Shown: in pieces, positions 16,801 through 17,010 of the stretch | Layout: the number at the start of each line of letters is the position of its first letter | Numbering within the stretch: the stretch's first letter is position 1 | Origin: Opitutus sp. GAS368 | GTDB taxonomy: Bacteria > Verrucomicrobiota > Verrucomicrobiia > Opitutales > Opitutaceae | Assembly: GCA_945861645.1 (NCBI GenBank) | Contig: CAMAVZ010000032.1 | Location: 1 to 17,010, forward strand | Reading direction: 5' to 3' | Length of the DNA stretch: 17,010 nucleotides | Position numbers and translations under genes: made by a program | The notes under the pieces: model-generated | Seen by the model: only the letters and a program-made list of their open reading frames with translations | What the model was told of the DNA's origin: nothing | Database searches by the model: none

Positions 16801-17010
16801 TATTTTTGGCTCCGAGAGTGCCGAAATTTTCCAGCAACGAGTGCGAACCGTTGGCCAACAGATCGATTGGCCAAAAATCGATTTGGTCATCTGCAATACG
16901 TTGGTGAGTTTCTGGGGCGTCCATCTCGCGACACAGGCGAACAAGCCATCGCTACTCTATATCCACGAGAGTAATTCCATCTTCCGCTTTTTCGAACGCA
17001 CGCTCCCCTT
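13892..17010 (+). CDS. Multidomain glycosyltransferase, 3'-partial (at least 1039 aa): 2x N-terminal module + degenerate GT2 + GT2 + GT4; paralogue of 3436..7434
   Basis: Manually translated from GTG 13892 (MNENASYIFDIEGPTQWAFTGEPVWISGWF...) with no stop to the window end. It contains LGIFGLPRE, LPNPPFFGALENP, IYTDED, VTIVIPTRDR, VDDHS, HLNNDVN, AVTGACLM, YNDVDYCLR, THNLNLEGAP and YIHESN. It is absent from the ORF track, presumably because it has no stop codon in the window. Confidence 0.9.
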   Translation, partial: MNENASYIFDIEGPTQWAFTGEPVWISGWFLSKTGAVFSDVRAIIDDVIFLGIFGLPREHIEREHRGYFGLPHAGFCLQVRPPRGAQHLRLELLDAGGRWVEIWRTNMSVTQGPPAGARLNLEIVPDQLRKLLQARRADPNADLQPLARKLAIEAAVVPLNTLPNPPFFGALENPVLTGGSQFGKLGVEGWIIHQEQRIRRLIATTHPLVENEMDYGNRERADAGQLFPNHSYAARSQFFGMIDIDEAGADPLALKIFAELEDGTRHLVFVRRFYQRGCNQLEQLLPAFSRATFFEIANAFWTGCRAEHIALGSLSHGWRVGRQAYETFRRFAPASLVHLNPPGKNLSADASPSQATSLRPPLVRSATNRELPTPGPRLVLLIDTRQCTSGQLHELANSLTQQIYPHWQAYFVGAGPHPAGDERFRSARVSPPRDFVRVLNTTAHQAQGTHLTLLLGHARLSAEALFEIAHHLATHPQLELIYTDEDQRDDHGACTAAILKPDWSPALADSGLFPGQLSFVRSDRFVELGSFREEYDQVLWYDLLLRIGDQLRPEQVAHLPLIGHHARAALAQKRDLADPAVEQARQALAAAAQRRGWAAEPFLPETAHQRQICYHQLRWDQTILSRLQVTIVIPTRDRLHLLQECIELLDETVDWRYVKLIIVDDHSRDADAVRYLQAIQQRNDLMCTVVRTTDAQTPFNYSKLVNAALPHLNTPLVLHLNNDVNALERGWLEEMVGWFTQPDVGVVGAKLIYSDRTLNHTGIIIGPHGGLADTPYAKAAEATVDVTWQAAAREVSAVTGACLMTRTVIYRTLGGFDEKDFGVSYNDVDYCLRVRTAGHRIIYTPQAKLMHWGSASRGVTFDEAEHIAFVRRYPLYRDPYCNSHLRLVDGKLQGDGAIALGQRGTGKLRLLLLTHNLNLEGAPLFILEYATYLARVAGFGLEILTGQEGPLRPAFEALGAPITVIKLGDIFGSESAEIFQQRVRTVGQQIDWPKIDLVICNTLVSFWGVHLATQANKPSLLYIHESNSIFRFFERTLP

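Noticed and set aside
176-16944. Numerous short overlapping or antisense ORFs in the track (e.g. 196..906 -, 13917..14195 +, 15090..15656 -)
   Set aside because: All overlap well-supported + strand genes, including the unlisted 13892 gene, and show no recognisable motifs. They are typical shadow ORFs of GC-rich DNA.

Overview
GC-rich bacterial DNA holding a single-strand (+) surface-glycan biosynthesis locus. In order: a 5'-truncated NAD-dependent epimerase/dehydratase ORF (possibly fused to an upstream domain), a GT-C (ArnT/PMT-like) membrane glycosyltransferase with a C-terminal beta-sandwich, and a 369-bp intergenic region. These are followed by five adjacent paralogous soluble glycosyltransferases. 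All five begin with the same tandem pair of ~100-aa beta-rich 'GW...GLPR.D' modules. Their catalytic parts are GT2-GT2-GT4 (3436), GT4 (7445), GT4 (9688), degenerate GT4 (11934) and degenerate-GT2/GT2/GT4 (13892 to the window end). The last gene is missing from the supplied ORF track. The most notable signal is this paralogue array, with a shared N-terminal module and a mix of intact and catalytically eroded domains, which may encode a hetero-oligomeric glycan-assembly complex (inference). The mostly SD-less, ACC-ATG-like starts would fit a PVC-group organism such as Opitutae, but this cannot be established from the window. No RNA genes, CRISPR arrays or mobile elements were recognised.
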